NCBI GenBank assembly: GCA_031373235.1
Contig: JANMMK010000077.1
Coordinates: forward strand, 1 to 43,224
Origin: a bacterium
GTDB taxonomy: Bacteria > Patescibacteriota > Minisyncoccia > Phycocordibacterales > CAIRYW01
Direction: 5' to 3'
DNA length: 43,224 bases
The notes beneath the pieces were generated by a model. That model saw nothing but the letters and a program-made list of their open reading frames with translations, was not told the DNA's origin and did no database searches. The translations under genes and the position numbers were made by a program. Numbering within the stretch: position 1 is the first letter of the stretch; every line of letters starts with the position of its first letter. Shown in pieces: positions 1 through 8,676 of this stretch.

Positions 1-17
1 AAATATTATTTAATTAA

Positions 18-704
18 TTATCTTTTTTCTGAAATATCATTTCTAAGTTTTTCAATAACTCCCGCAGCAGCAGTTTGTCCTCCAAGCCCAAACGCAAGTC
101 CCACTGCAATAGAGAGTGCTACTACCACTCCCGTAAAGAGAGTTTGAATAATATCTCCGGCGATACCAAGCTGTGCAAGAGATGCGAGTATTCCAACAAT
201 AGATACTACCCACTTCACAACACTACCAATAAAGTTAGCATGTTTAAGTTCTGCTGCTTTTGCAGAAGAAGATACCACTCGCCCAACCGCGTCCGCAATA
301 ACAATAGCGATGAGTAAAATAAGTGCCGCTGCAATGACTCTTGGTAAGTACACCACCACAACTCCTTTTAGAAATGAGTTAACTTCAGTTAAGTGAAGTA
401 CGTCAAATGATGCAATAAGGAAAACAACAATGACAAACCATTTCACCAGTCCTGCAATAAATTTTCCTGAATCAAGTACAAGTCCTGCCTTGGCAAGAGT
501 TTCGTCAATACCAGTTTTCTTTAGTAGTCCATCTACTTTTGCTGCCTTAAAAAGACTTACCACCGCCCTGGCGATAAGAGACGCGCACACCAAACCAACC
601 ACAAAAATAACTATTGCAATAATGAGATTTGGAATAAATCCGATAATTCCATCCCAAAGATTTGAAAATGAACTTACGATAACATTTCCTGATTCTTGTA
701 ACAT
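18..704 (-). CDS. Multi-pass membrane protein with repeated conserved TM-helix segments (TM-helix-repeat / MscS-N-terminal-like)
   Basis: 228-aa ORF with about six hydrophobic helices separated by short K/D-rich loops. The helix pattern repeats (IVIFVVGLV..., FVIVVFLIA..., ILLIAIVIAD..., VVSIVGILA...). The family call is from memory and was not searched. Confidence 0.5.
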   Translation of the reverse strand: MLQESGNVIVSSFSNLWDGIIGFIPNLIIAIVIFVVGLVCASLIARAVVSLFKAAKVDGLLKKTGIDETLAKAGLVLDSGKFIAGLVKWFVIVVFLIASFDVLHLTEVNSFLKGVVVVYLPRVIAAALILLIAIVIADAVGRVVSSSAKAAELKHANFIGSVVKWVVSIVGILASLAQLGIAGDIIQTLFTGVVVALSIAVGLAFGLGGQTAAAGVIEKLRNDISEKR

Positions 705-760
705 AAAAAAATTATTAAATACTAGTAAATAACCCGACTTTCTAATTATACCATTTTCTC

Positions 761-1351
761 TTAGCCCACAAGACCAGTCTTGTTGAATACTATCCTATGG
801 GGATATTCTAGAATATCCCGAATAAGTTTATCTCCTACACCGATCCGATAAGCAAAATCTTCAGTATCCAAAAGCACATATCTTAATTCTTTCCCGAACT
901 CACTTTCAATACGAGCAAGTGATTTTGTAAATTCTGGTTTTTTTACCCTGTCACCAACAACCATAATATCAGTTCGACTTTCTAGCTCATTTATAAAGAC
1001 TCCTGAAACCACAATAAGTTTCACTCGAAGCGCTTTTACAAACCGTTCTGTTATTTCTTCATCAGACAAAGGTGACATACTCATAAAAAAATCCTTAAGC
1101 GCCGTAAGGTGCACAAACTCCGCCCGAAGTCCAAACCCTTTTACTTTTCGTCCCTGCTCATTTTTTACTTCTCGAGATTTTATCAATTTCATTTTTTCCA
1201 AATTTTGTATTTCCCTTTTTACTTCTTTTAAAGAAGCTTTTAGTTTTTTTTCAAGAAGTGAAGTGTGAAAAACTTCATCTGGATTAAAGATAAACACCTT
1301 CATCAACTTTACTTTTATTTCACTGCCGAATAATCTTTTTAGTAATTCCAT
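761..1351 (-). CDS. Hypothetical protein with an N-terminal winged-helix-like segment
   Basis: 196-aa ORF lying 12 nt downstream of the preceding gene on the same strand. The N-terminal 70 aa look wHTH-like (K/E-rich helix, then a beta-hairpin KSREVKNEQGRKVKGF). No catalytic motif recognised. Confidence 0.45.
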   Translation of the reverse strand: MELLKRLFGSEIKVKLMKVFIFNPDEVFHTSLLEKKLKASLKEVKREIQNLEKMKLIKSREVKNEQGRKVKGFGLRAEFVHLTALKDFFMSMSPLSDEEITERFVKALRVKLIVVSGVFINELESRTDIMVVGDRVKKPEFTKSLARIESEFGKELRYVLLDTEDFAYRIGVGDKLIRDILEYPHRIVFNKTGLVG

Positions 1352-1363
1352 AACAATAACAAT

Positions 1364-2644
1364 TTACGCTTTTATCTTTCTAATATACACCACAATAAGA
1401 AAAGCTATAAATAAGACCAGTAAGACCAGTACTCCATTAAAAATAATTGGGTACTGTTCGGTAAACGAAATCTTTTTTTCTATTTTCTTAAACTGCTCAT
1501 TTTTTACCGGAGAAAGCAATGTTGCCTCCGGAGCAGTAATTGTAAGGTTTTGCTTTAAGCTCGACAAATCATAAACAGGATACGCACTCTCTCCTCTTGC
1601 ATATAAAGTGTACTGACCTAAACCATATTCAGCACGTAAAAGTAATGGAACTTTTAGTGTCGAAACTTGGACAAGCGGACCATACTCGAGCGGCACATCG
1701 TTATTATCAACAATAGTAAACTCTATTTTCTTTGCCTGCACACTTCGATTAAATACAAACTCTTTTTTTATTTTAGAAAAATTGTCTTTTGAAAAAGCAT
1801 ACACATATGCACCACTGAAAGACTCTTTGGTACCATCTACCTTTTCTACCTCCGCAACCACGCGTCGATTAAAGATACTATTCTTAATGTCGAAAGAAAC
1901 TCGTTCGACCGTTTGAGGTAATTCTCCAAAGTCCAAGAGGAGTTTAGATAAGCCCTTTTCCTTATCAGCTGAAACAGAAACCTTGTAGGTCAAAGTTTCA
2001 TATTCTTTAGGAACACCCAAGGTTTTGTTTGATGTCAACACTTGTTCTATTTTTGTTAGCTGACCTTCAAAAGGCACAACCTCTATCTTTAAGTAACGCG
2101 CAATTCTACTCGGAATAGTAATTGCTGTTTCAGATGATTCAACTCCAATCGTCTTATCAAAAAAGTTGTAGATATAGTTAGTATCATCAAGTAACCCCCA
2201 TCTATCACTCTGCTCTCCTACCAAAACATCACTACCGTACACATACACTCTTGCCTTAAAGTTTTTTGCGCCAACCCTAAGATCAAAGATGTTATTTTTT
2301 GTCAGTCCTTCACCCGTATCAACGACAGCAATACTTTTTCCATCTCTCAGTGAACTTTCTAAAATTTTGACATTGTCTCCAAAAACAGAAACCTCTTCTT
2401 GCTCCAACTGTACATACGGAACCTCGACTCCTTTAGGATCAATAATTCTTACATTCGGACGAGCAGGATCAGAAACCAAAGACAACACTTCCCCACCAAC
2501 GTAGAGTGTTGCTGTCTTCTCAGAAGAAAGTTCATCGATACGAAGTGGCACCTTATACTCCCAACTTGAAACATCAAAGACAGCGGCCAACAAACAAACT
2601 GGAAAAAGAACGAGTCCGGCTAGAGTTAGTTTTTTCATATACAT
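1364..2644 (-). CDS. Exported protein with a C-terminal membrane anchor (DUF3999-like architecture)
   Basis: 426-aa ORF with an N-terminal signal peptide (MKKLTLAGLVLFPVCLLAA) and a C-terminal TM helix followed by RKIKA. Its start abuts the stop of the DUF2339-like gene (2644/2645). The size and the pairing match the DUF3999/DUF2339 pairs known from other phyla. Confidence 0.45.
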   Translation of the reverse strand: MYMKKLTLAGLVLFPVCLLAAVFDVSSWEYKVPLRIDELSSEKTATLYVGGEVLSLVSDPARPNVRIIDPKGVEVPYVQLEQEEVSVFGDNVKILESSLRDGKSIAVVDTGEGLTKNNIFDLRVGAKNFKARVYVYGSDVLVGEQSDRWGLLDDTNYIYNFFDKTIGVESSETAITIPSRIARYLKIEVVPFEGQLTKIEQVLTSNKTLGVPKEYETLTYKVSVSADKEKGLSKLLLDFGELPQTVERVSFDIKNSIFNRRVVAEVEKVDGTKESFSGAYVYAFSKDNFSKIKKEFVFNRSVQAKKIEFTIVDNNDVPLEYGPLVQVSTLKVPLLLRAEYGLGQYTLYARGESAYPVYDLSSLKQNLTITAPEATLLSPVKNEQFKKIEKKISFTEQYPIIFNGVLVLLVLFIAFLIVVYIRKIKA

Positions 2645-4519
2645 TTATTTCGTGAACACATCATTAATTCTATCTTTATACTTCGCGTACAGGAATGATC
2701 CCGCAAGTGCCAACACACCAAATACAATAGAAGAAATAATTCGATACAACTGTCCAAGACTCCAAATATCCACAAACACTTTGAGTGCAGTGATGATGAA
2801 CAAGACCAAGCCCGCAACCCGTGCAACTTTTTTTCTCAAGGCGAAACCAAGGATGGTTAAGAGTGTTGCATACAGAGTCCAGAATACAGATATCGCAGTA
2901 TTTTTTGCCTGTGAATTCTGTCGTGAGAAAGAATAATCTCTATCACAAGGCACTCCCACTTCCTGACCATACAAAGCAATACATTGCTCATAAGAAGCTT
3001 GAGCTTCCTTGTTTGCCAACTCCATCTTATGTCCGAAATAAAGACCAATCTCTCTTGTCCCAGCAAACAACACTAAAACTTGTGCACCAAGTACAAAAGC
3101 AAATATAAGCCCCGGAACAAAAGTAAGACTTCGGTCTTCATTTTTTACTTTTGAAAGTATAAACGCCATCACCAGAGCGATAATTGTTGCTATGCCAAGG
3201 ATAACAAAACTCTGATTAAAGATAATAGAAAAATCTGTCTCTCGATACGCATAACTATCTATATCTTCAAATAAAAATCTAAGTAGTCCAATGACATACA
3301 CTACAAGTCCATAAACATATAATCTTTTCCCTTTGACCGAGTAAGCAATAAAATACATGAGAAGGGCCTGTATCATCCATGCCAGAGAAATCCATACACC
3401 TTTAAAATGAAGTGGCACAGCAACAGTAAGGCACACGACTGAAATAGCAGGAATAACAAGATTTAAGTATTTATCTTCCCTATTTGAGATGTATACAATA
3501 TATCCAATAATAAAATACACCACCGCCAACAGCACCATGAGATATCCGGTAAAATCTGGAATTACTTTTTCAAGCAGTGCAAGTAATCCAAATCCCAAGA
3601 AACCAGCATTACACATAACAAGAAAACCATCTGCTCCTGTAGACTTTTCTTTTCGTACGACGTGATGAAGTACTGTCGTAACCATAAATACCAACCAAAA
3701 CAAAATAAGAAAGAATAGAGAAATTCCTCTAAAATTTTCTATCAAATAATAACTAGACCATCCATGGAAAGTTAGCACTGTTCCAAAAAATGCTACATAC
3801 ACAAGTGGCAACCATCGATAAAAATATGCGACTGTAAGCACTCCGATATCGAGGATAAGTAAATAACTCCACAAAGATACTGGGTCCTTCAAACTAAACG
3901 AAATAAGAAAAGGTGTAAGGAACCCTCCAATAACCCCGAGCCGTACAACAGTCTGTGTTTTTTCTATGACGCTGATTACTATAGAAAGTGCAGTCACCAC
4001 AATCATCAGTGCATATGCCACCGGAGCACCAAATAGTCCGTAAAAAATATGCGCCGCGTATATAGTAAGATAAAAAACTCCAATACCAAGTCCTATAAGC
4101 AAGTCAGAATATCCTGCATATTTTTTTCGAAGCAATTGTCCAAGAGAGACGGCAACAATTCCTGAAATAAATCCTAAAATAATTCTTCCTGTCACTCCGA
4201 TAATACCGTTATCAAATGCATACTTTAAGAAAAACGAAATTCCTGCGAGTACGAAAATCACTCCGATTTTACCAAGCCACTTTCCACTCTGATCTTCAGT
4301 GTGTAGAGGAGTAGTATTGTTTGAAGGCATCGCTGACCAAGTTGGCATCGCAAGAGGACTTGGTATTTGTCCTGGTACGAGAGGAGGAAGCACAGAGTCA
4401 CTTTGTTCCACTTTTTGGAATACAGTTTGACCAACTCCTCTTTGTTCCAATTTAGAAATTCTAGAAGAAAGAAGTGCGTACCCTACTATACCCGCAACAA
4501 TCGTAATAAAAAGAATCAT
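2645..4519 (-). CDS. Large polytopic membrane protein (DUF2339-like)
   Basis: 624-aa ORF. It has an N-terminal TM helix, a short linker, then more than 15 predicted TM helices. The architecture is typical of DUF2339 proteins; this was not verified by search. Confidence 0.5.
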   Translation of the reverse strand: MILFITIVAGIVGYALLSSRISKLEQRGVGQTVFQKVEQSDSVLPPLVPGQIPSPLAMPTWSAMPSNNTTPLHTEDQSGKWLGKIGVIFVLAGISFFLKYAFDNGIIGVTGRIILGFISGIVAVSLGQLLRKKYAGYSDLLIGLGIGVFYLTIYAAHIFYGLFGAPVAYALMIVVTALSIVISVIEKTQTVVRLGVIGGFLTPFLISFSLKDPVSLWSYLLILDIGVLTVAYFYRWLPLVYVAFFGTVLTFHGWSSYYLIENFRGISLFFLILFWLVFMVTTVLHHVVRKEKSTGADGFLVMCNAGFLGFGLLALLEKVIPDFTGYLMVLLAVVYFIIGYIVYISNREDKYLNLVIPAISVVCLTVAVPLHFKGVWISLAWMIQALLMYFIAYSVKGKRLYVYGLVVYVIGLLRFLFEDIDSYAYRETDFSIIFNQSFVILGIATIIALVMAFILSKVKNEDRSLTFVPGLIFAFVLGAQVLVLFAGTREIGLYFGHKMELANKEAQASYEQCIALYGQEVGVPCDRDYSFSRQNSQAKNTAISVFWTLYATLLTILGFALRKKVARVAGLVLFIITALKVFVDIWSLGQLYRIISSIVFGVLALAGSFLYAKYKDRINDVFTK

Positions 4520-4565
4520 GTGTGTGTTGTTATAATAATAGATTTATTATAGCAAAATTTTATAC

Positions 4566-4605
4566 AAAAAAATCAGCCGACTCCTCCTTTCGAAAGAGCC
4601 GGCTG
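4566..4605 (-). terminator. Rho-independent terminator of the GC-rich operon
   Basis: On the minus strand: CAGCCGGCTC-loop-GAGTCGGCTG followed by AUUUUUUU. The single non-Watson-Crick pair is G.U on the minus-strand RNA but A.C on the plus strand, which supports a minus orientation. Confidence 0.75.
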
Positions 4606-4635
4606 GTTGATTCTCAATACCTTTCGCTCAGAGGA

Positions 4636-5721
4636 CTATCCCCGGAAACCATTCTCCGAGACCCACACACTGAACTCCACATCTTCTTGCCCGTCGTCAG
4701 GGACGATGCTCAAGATTAGCGAGTCCTGTCCTACCGGCAGGTCAAGTTCAATACGGTGTCCATTCCACTGATTCGGCGTCGAGTGGATTGGTGGAACGAC
4801 ATCTGGCATTTCGCCAGATGTAGTCGGACTCTGAACATGAAGAGTTCCTTTGATTCCCGAGACTTCAAAAACCAAACGATGCCGTTTGAGGGTTGTCGTC
4901 ATGAAGGTCTGTACCCTCGTTGTCTTTCCGCCGATGGTGGTCTGCCCGTTTAGGCGTTGCTTTTCGAAGTAGAAAAAACTGTTCCCTGTGAAAGGAAGGT
5001 CGACCACTCCGCCCGCGTATCTGATATTGACCACTGACCCCGGGTCATTCGTGCTTTGGTCTTCGCCAAACGGGTCGATTGTCCCCCGCTGGTAGACAAC
5101 CTTGCTGAAGCGGTTTCGAACTTCGTAGCTCGGAGTTGTCAGCAGGTTGACCCCGACGACGAATCCTCCAAGTCCGAAGTTGTAGTATCCTTGCATCCAA
5201 CCGTCGGTTATTATCTCGACATCGCCAGCAGAAACTCCCGCCGGCAACTTGAAAGGTACGAGCACGTCCATATTCGCAGGCAACATTGTCACTTCGACAG
5301 AGTCGCCGTCGCGAATACCTGTTTGTGAATATGCATCACCCCAAGAGACGTAACTCCCTCCTTGCATTCCACTTAAGGATATCTGGAAGTAATCCGCTCC
5401 CCCCGCAGGAATCGGAAGCGCGCCAAGTGGCTCTTCTCCTTCGCTGAGGATTGGCAGATTGTTGATCCAGAGAGATGCGATGCGTCCGTCGAGGAGCATC
5501 TTCCCCTCGAGAGAGTCGTATCGGTAGTCACCGTCAGGTTTCTGACCGAACTGCATGTAAGCCCTGAAGCTGTAGGAATCCGCAGGCCGAAGTGCCAGTG
5601 CTCGCGCAACAAGGCGCGAGTCAACCGACTGTTCGTCACCAGGCGTCACGATGACGCCGGCGAATGATTGTTGGAGCAAGGTCAAAAGGCCGAGCAGTAA
5701 GAGTGCGATGTTTTTTTTCAT
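4636..5721 (-). CDS. Secreted hypothetical protein encoded by a GC-rich island
   Basis: 361-aa ORF with signal peptide MKKNIALLLLGLLTLLQQSFAG. Codons are mostly G/C-ending and a sample line is about 57% G+C, unlike the neighbouring genes. No family recognised. Confidence 0.7.
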   Translation of the reverse strand: MKKNIALLLLGLLTLLQQSFAGVIVTPGDEQSVDSRLVARALALRPADSYSFRAYMQFGQKPDGDYRYDSLEGKMLLDGRIASLWINNLPILSEGEEPLGALPIPAGGADYFQISLSGMQGGSYVSWGDAYSQTGIRDGDSVEVTMLPANMDVLVPFKLPAGVSAGDVEIITDGWMQGYYNFGLGGFVVGVNLLTTPSYEVRNRFSKVVYQRGTIDPFGEDQSTNDPGSVVNIRYAGGVVDLPFTGNSFFYFEKQRLNGQTTIGGKTTRVQTFMTTTLKRHRLVFEVSGIKGTLHVQSPTTSGEMPDVVPPIHSTPNQWNGHRIELDLPVGQDSLILSIVPDDGQEDVEFSVWVSENGFRG

Positions 5722-5749
5722 TTTCTAATTTAGGTTGTTGGTGTGTTGT

Positions 5750-5986
5750 TTACTTGGCCGAGACTTTCGCCCAGCCGGTGTAGCCTAATTCCCGCAAGCG
5801 CATTTGCGCCGGCGAGAGGTTTTCAGTCTGTGTTGTGTTTGTGTTGTTGTTTGTTGACTGGACCAGAGTGACCGGACCAGTTTTTTTGGTTTCGTCGGTA
5901 GGCGTCATGATGATGCCGATCGACACGAGTATTGCCGTGATGGCAAGAGTTGCGATGTATTTCATTTGTTTTTTTTGCGTGTACAA
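5750..5986 (-). CDS. Small membrane-anchored protein (GC-rich island)
   Basis: 78-aa ORF; the start may instead be the internal MKYIATL at 5964. It has one TM helix followed by a T/N/Q-rich tail. It lies 28 nt upstream of the 361-aa gene on the same strand. Confidence 0.45.
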   Translation of the reverse strand: MYTQKKQMKYIATLAITAILVSIGIIMTPTDETKKTGPVTLVQSTNNNTNTTQTENLSPAQMRLRELGYTGWAKVSAK

Positions 5987-6039
5987 ACACTCTTCTCCAC
6001 ACCAATTCCTAGAAAGGTACTGAGTTGTAAAAGAGCATT

Positions 6040-6061
6040 AAAAAAAGGGTCTTTCGACCCT
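6040..6061 (-). terminator. Rho-independent terminator
   Basis: On the minus strand: GGGTC-GAAA-GACCC followed by a U run. It sits about 80 nt downstream of the stop of the 158-aa gene. Confidence 0.6.
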
Positions 6062-6139
6062 ATTTCGTACTTTTGTATAATAACACACTTTCGTTATAAA
6101 ATCAAGCAATGTAAAAGTTATCCCGCGAAAACCCCTTGA

Positions 6140-6616
6140 CTACTCAGCATTATCTACCCTATGGTATTCATGCCCGTCAGTAGCTAAATAATATACAATT
6201 TTATACTTTCTACACATATCTAAAAATGTCTTTTCGATAAGTCTTACTTGTTCACTATAGAAAACATTCTGATTAGATTGATTTAACCGCATAACCTCCT
6301 CCTTATATCTTTCATCGTACTCTTCTATTTCTTTTAATGCTTGGTCACTTTTCATTTCAGGGGTTTCTAATGACCTCATCAAAAGATATTTTTTAGTTTT
6401 CGTAAACACAAAACCAGCCTCATGAGAGAATTTACCTTCATTAATAAGTGGCATAAAATCAGTTGGTGAAGGAGGCGTGTCAATAATACCGTGAGTATGC
6501 ATAAGCAACGCAAGTCTTTCTGATAAGGTATATCTAATATCACCTCCAGTTCTCCTAAAAATAGGTTCGGGTTTAACACGTTTTGTATCACCGATACCAA
6601 TACGAGAACTAATCAC
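6140..6616 (-). CDS. Hypothetical protein
   Basis: 158-aa ORF with a GTG start that overlaps the upstream stop (GTGA at 6613-6616). No motif recognised. Confidence 0.5.
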   Translation of the reverse strand: MISSRIGIGDTKRVKPEPIFRRTGGDIRYTLSERLALLMHTHGIIDTPPSPTDFMPLINEGKFSHEAGFVFTKTKKYLLMRSLETPEMKSDQALKEIEEYDERYKEEVMRLNQSNQNVFYSEQVRLIEKTFLDMCRKYKIVYYLATDGHEYHRVDNAE

Positions 6617-6863
6617 GAGTCTCCCTTTAATATCAATCTTACCGTCAACAACCCTTTCTTCTCCGGATCAGCAAAAGTTTCAGCGATCAACTTATCTGAA
6701 GTCTCAGCAATAACACCATCTATTCTAATGACATCAGGAAACTGTTCAAACGGGCGCGAATGTTTGTCACTGGCACACTCTACTTCCTCAATAAAACGAG
6801 CTCCACTCCAAAATGTTTTTGGATTTTCTAAATGCACAATATCTTCAGGTCTTTCCATATTCA
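6613..6863 (-). CDS. Hypothetical small protein
   Basis: The ORF-track entry is 6613..7005, but its first about 47 codons overlap the 3' end of csaA. The internal start MNMERPED (6863) lies just after the csaA stop (6869). The product is acidic and about 83 aa. Confidence 0.4.
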
Positions 6864-6868
6864 TATAT

Positions 6869-7204
6869 TTAAAATAATTTTGTACCGTTTGGTACCTTAT
6901 GAGTTGTAGTCGCAAGAACCACATTCCCCGCTTCGTCAGCAAACCCAGTAGTAAGTACCTCAGAAATAAACGGCCCGACTTGTTTTGGTGGAAAGTTAAG
7001 TACACAAATGACCTGCATTCCTTTTAATTGCTCCTTCGTATAAAGAGCAACAATCTGAGCACTTGATTGTTTAATTCCTAAAACACCAAAATCTACTTTT
7101 AATTTAAAAGCTGGTTTCCTCGCTTCTGGAAAATCAAGCACTTCAATGATAGTGCCCGCCCGAAGCTCAACTTTTTCAAACTCATTCCAAGATATATTTT
7201 CCAT
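6869..7204 (-). CDS. csaA: Stand-alone tRNA-binding protein (CsaA/Trbp111, MetRS C-terminal-domain-like)
   Basis: 111 aa that aligns along its whole length with remembered B. subtilis CsaA: F..V.LR.GTI......PEARKPA.KL.VDFG..GIKQSSAQI...Y......G.QV..V.NFPP....G..SEVL ... VPNGTK. Confidence 0.8.
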   Translation of the reverse strand: MENISWNEFEKVELRAGTIIEVLDFPEARKPAFKLKVDFGVLGIKQSSAQIVALYTKEQLKGMQVICVLNFPPKQVGPFISEVLTTGFADEAGNVVLATTTHKVPNGTKLF

Positions 7205-7224
7205 GCCTACATAATAGCAAAAAT

Positions 7225-7256
7225 AAAAAATCCCTGCGATATGCGGGGATTTTTTG
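7225..7256 (-). terminator. Hairpin with flanking A/T runs after rplL
   Basis: AAAAAATCCCTGC-gatat-GCGGGGATTTTTT. The 8-bp stem has one mismatch on the minus-strand RNA (a wobble on the plus strand). It lies 40 nt downstream of the rplL stop. Confidence 0.5.
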
Positions 7257-7295
7257 AAAACTAAGTAAGAGATTACTTAATTATCATCTTGTTAC

Positions 7296-7700
7296 TTATT
7301 TAAGAGTAACTTTTGCTCCTTGAGCTTCAAGATCAGCTTTAAGTTTGTCTGCTTCTTCTTTCTTCATACCTTCCTTAAGCATTTTTGGAGCAGCATCAAC
7401 GATAGCTTTAGCTTCAGCGAGTCCAAGTGCAAGAACTTCTTTTACTATTTTGATGATAGCAATCTTGTTTGGTCCAACATCTGTAAGCTCAACATTAAAC
7501 ATTGACTTCTCTTCTGCTGCAGGTCCAGCTGCAGGTCCAGCGACAGCAACCGCAGCTGCTGATACACCGAACTTCTTTTCGAAGAACTTCACGAGTTCGT
7601 TAAGTTCTAATACTGACATCTTTTCGATTTTTTCAACGATATCTTTGAATTTTGCAGGAGTTTCAATAACTTCTGCTGTGTTTGTTGTTTCTTCTGACAT
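7296..7700 (-). CDS. rplL: 50S ribosomal protein L7/L12
   Basis: 134 aa with an N-terminal dimerisation helix, an Ala/Pro-rich hinge ([18 protein letters not shown]) and the C-terminal domain ...[40 protein letters not shown]. Confidence 0.95.
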   Translation of the reverse strand: MSEETTNTAEVIETPAKFKDIVEKIEKMSVLELNELVKFFEKKFGVSAAAVAVAGPAAGPAAEEKSMFNVELTDVGPNKIAIIKIVKEVLALGLAEAKAIVDAAPKMLKEGMKKEEADKLKADLEAQGAKVTLK

Positions 7701-7723
7701 AGGTTTATTTTTAGAGTTAATAA

Positions 7724-8215
7724 TTAAGCACTTTTCTTTTCTCCGATGGCATTAAGTGCGACAACCATACCTTGAATTGGAGAGTTGATAACATTGACGA
7801 ACATACCAAGTAAAGTTTCTCTTGAAGGAATAGACGCGATCACAGTCATTGCAACCTTGTCTTTGTACTCCCCTTCGAACACTCCTCCGATCAAAGAAAT
7901 CTTCTTATCGAATTTCTTTTCGAATTCTGCAATACTTTGTGCGGGAGCAATTTGGTCTTTTCCCCATGCAATCGCAAGTTCACCTGGAAGCTCTGGAAGA
8001 GTTCCTGTGTATCCTCTTGATGCAAGAGCTCTCTTCAAGAGAGTCTTCTTTGCTACCATGAAAGAAACTTGTTTGTCTCGAAGTCCTTTTCGAAGTGCTG
8101 TAGTTTCAAGAGCAGAAAGCCCGTGAAAGTTTGCAAAAACAACAGTTTCTGCAGCACTGAGTTGTCCATCGATAACTCCAAGAATTTCTTCTTTTTTGTG
8201 TTTTGATATAGGCAT
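7724..8215 (-). CDS. rplJ: 50S ribosomal protein L10
   Basis: 163 aa located immediately upstream of rplL. It has the L10-like pattern (K.E.......L......V.....GL....T.LR..LR......V.KKTL.). Confidence 0.9.
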   Translation of the reverse strand: MPISKHKKEEILGVIDGQLSAAETVVFANFHGLSALETTALRKGLRDKQVSFMVAKKTLLKRALASRGYTGTLPELPGELAIAWGKDQIAPAQSIAEFEKKFDKKISLIGGVFEGEYKDKVAMTVIASIPSRETLLGMFVNVINSPIQGMVVALNAIGEKKSA

Positions 8216-8416
8216 TGTGTGTTTTGTAAGTTTAGGTTTTGATCCCTAAAAAGTAAAATCGACCTTTAATTAATAAAAGGCCGTTTCAATAGAAACTAAA
8301 AACAGTATGCTGTTTTTTGCCTCGAGAGGATGCTTTTTACGGCTTTTGAGACTTTCGTCTCCCCTTGTCTTTGGCCTTTACATATACTAGATTACTGATT
8401 TTTTGAGAGATGTCAA
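8216..8416 (-). promoter_or_regulatory. Putative rplJ promoter plus a structured leader of about 165 nt (L10-leader-like)
   Basis: On the minus strand: TTGACA (8416-8411), a 16-nt spacer, then TAATCT (8394-8389). The leader contains a GAGAC-GAAA-GTCTC hairpin (8348-8361) and a weak AAACAG-cata-CUGUUU hairpin followed by a U run. There is no ORF. Confidence 0.35.
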
Positions 8417-8424
8417 TCAGGAAA

Positions 8425-8676
8425 TTAAATCCAAGAATTACCCATTATGTTAAATTTATCTAGGTTAAAAAATAAAATTACCAAAGAAACATAAAATATT
8501 AATAGTGAAAAAATATGTCCTGATATTTTGCTTTTAAGACAAAGATACAGAAATAAATTAATAAGTAGAGGAAATACTAAGACTGGAATAAGAAGATTAT
8601 CTAAAAAACTAATTTGAAAAAACCAAGACAGAAAAGCGACTAAAAAATTTAAAAGTATGAGAAAAAATAAAATCAT
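8425..8676 (-). CDS. Small three-helix membrane protein
   Basis: 83-aa, very hydrophobic ORF. Its start overlaps the stop of the 1135-aa gene (ATGA at 8673-8676). Confidence 0.5.
   Translation of the reverse strand: MILFFLILLNFLVAFLSWFFQISFLDNLLIPVLVFPLLINLFLYLCLKSKISGHIFSLLIFYVSLVILFFNLDKFNIMGNSWI

Noticed and set aside
6864-7005. N-terminal 47 codons of ORF-track entry 6613..7005.
   Set aside because: This part overlaps the well-supported 3' end of csaA in another frame and reads as low-complexity hydrophobic text. An internal Met right after the csaA stop gives a non-overlapping gene.
7345-7755. Long antisense or alternative-frame ORFs inside strong genes. Examples: 7345..7755 in rplL, 24365..24811 in efp, 31489..31932 opposite the PEP-CTERM gene, 30663..31193 in the M16 peptidase gene, and 430..732.
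   Set aside because: Each lies entirely within a gene whose product shows clear family motifs. Their translations are low-complexity (S/T/F/L-rich) and typical of shadow ORFs.
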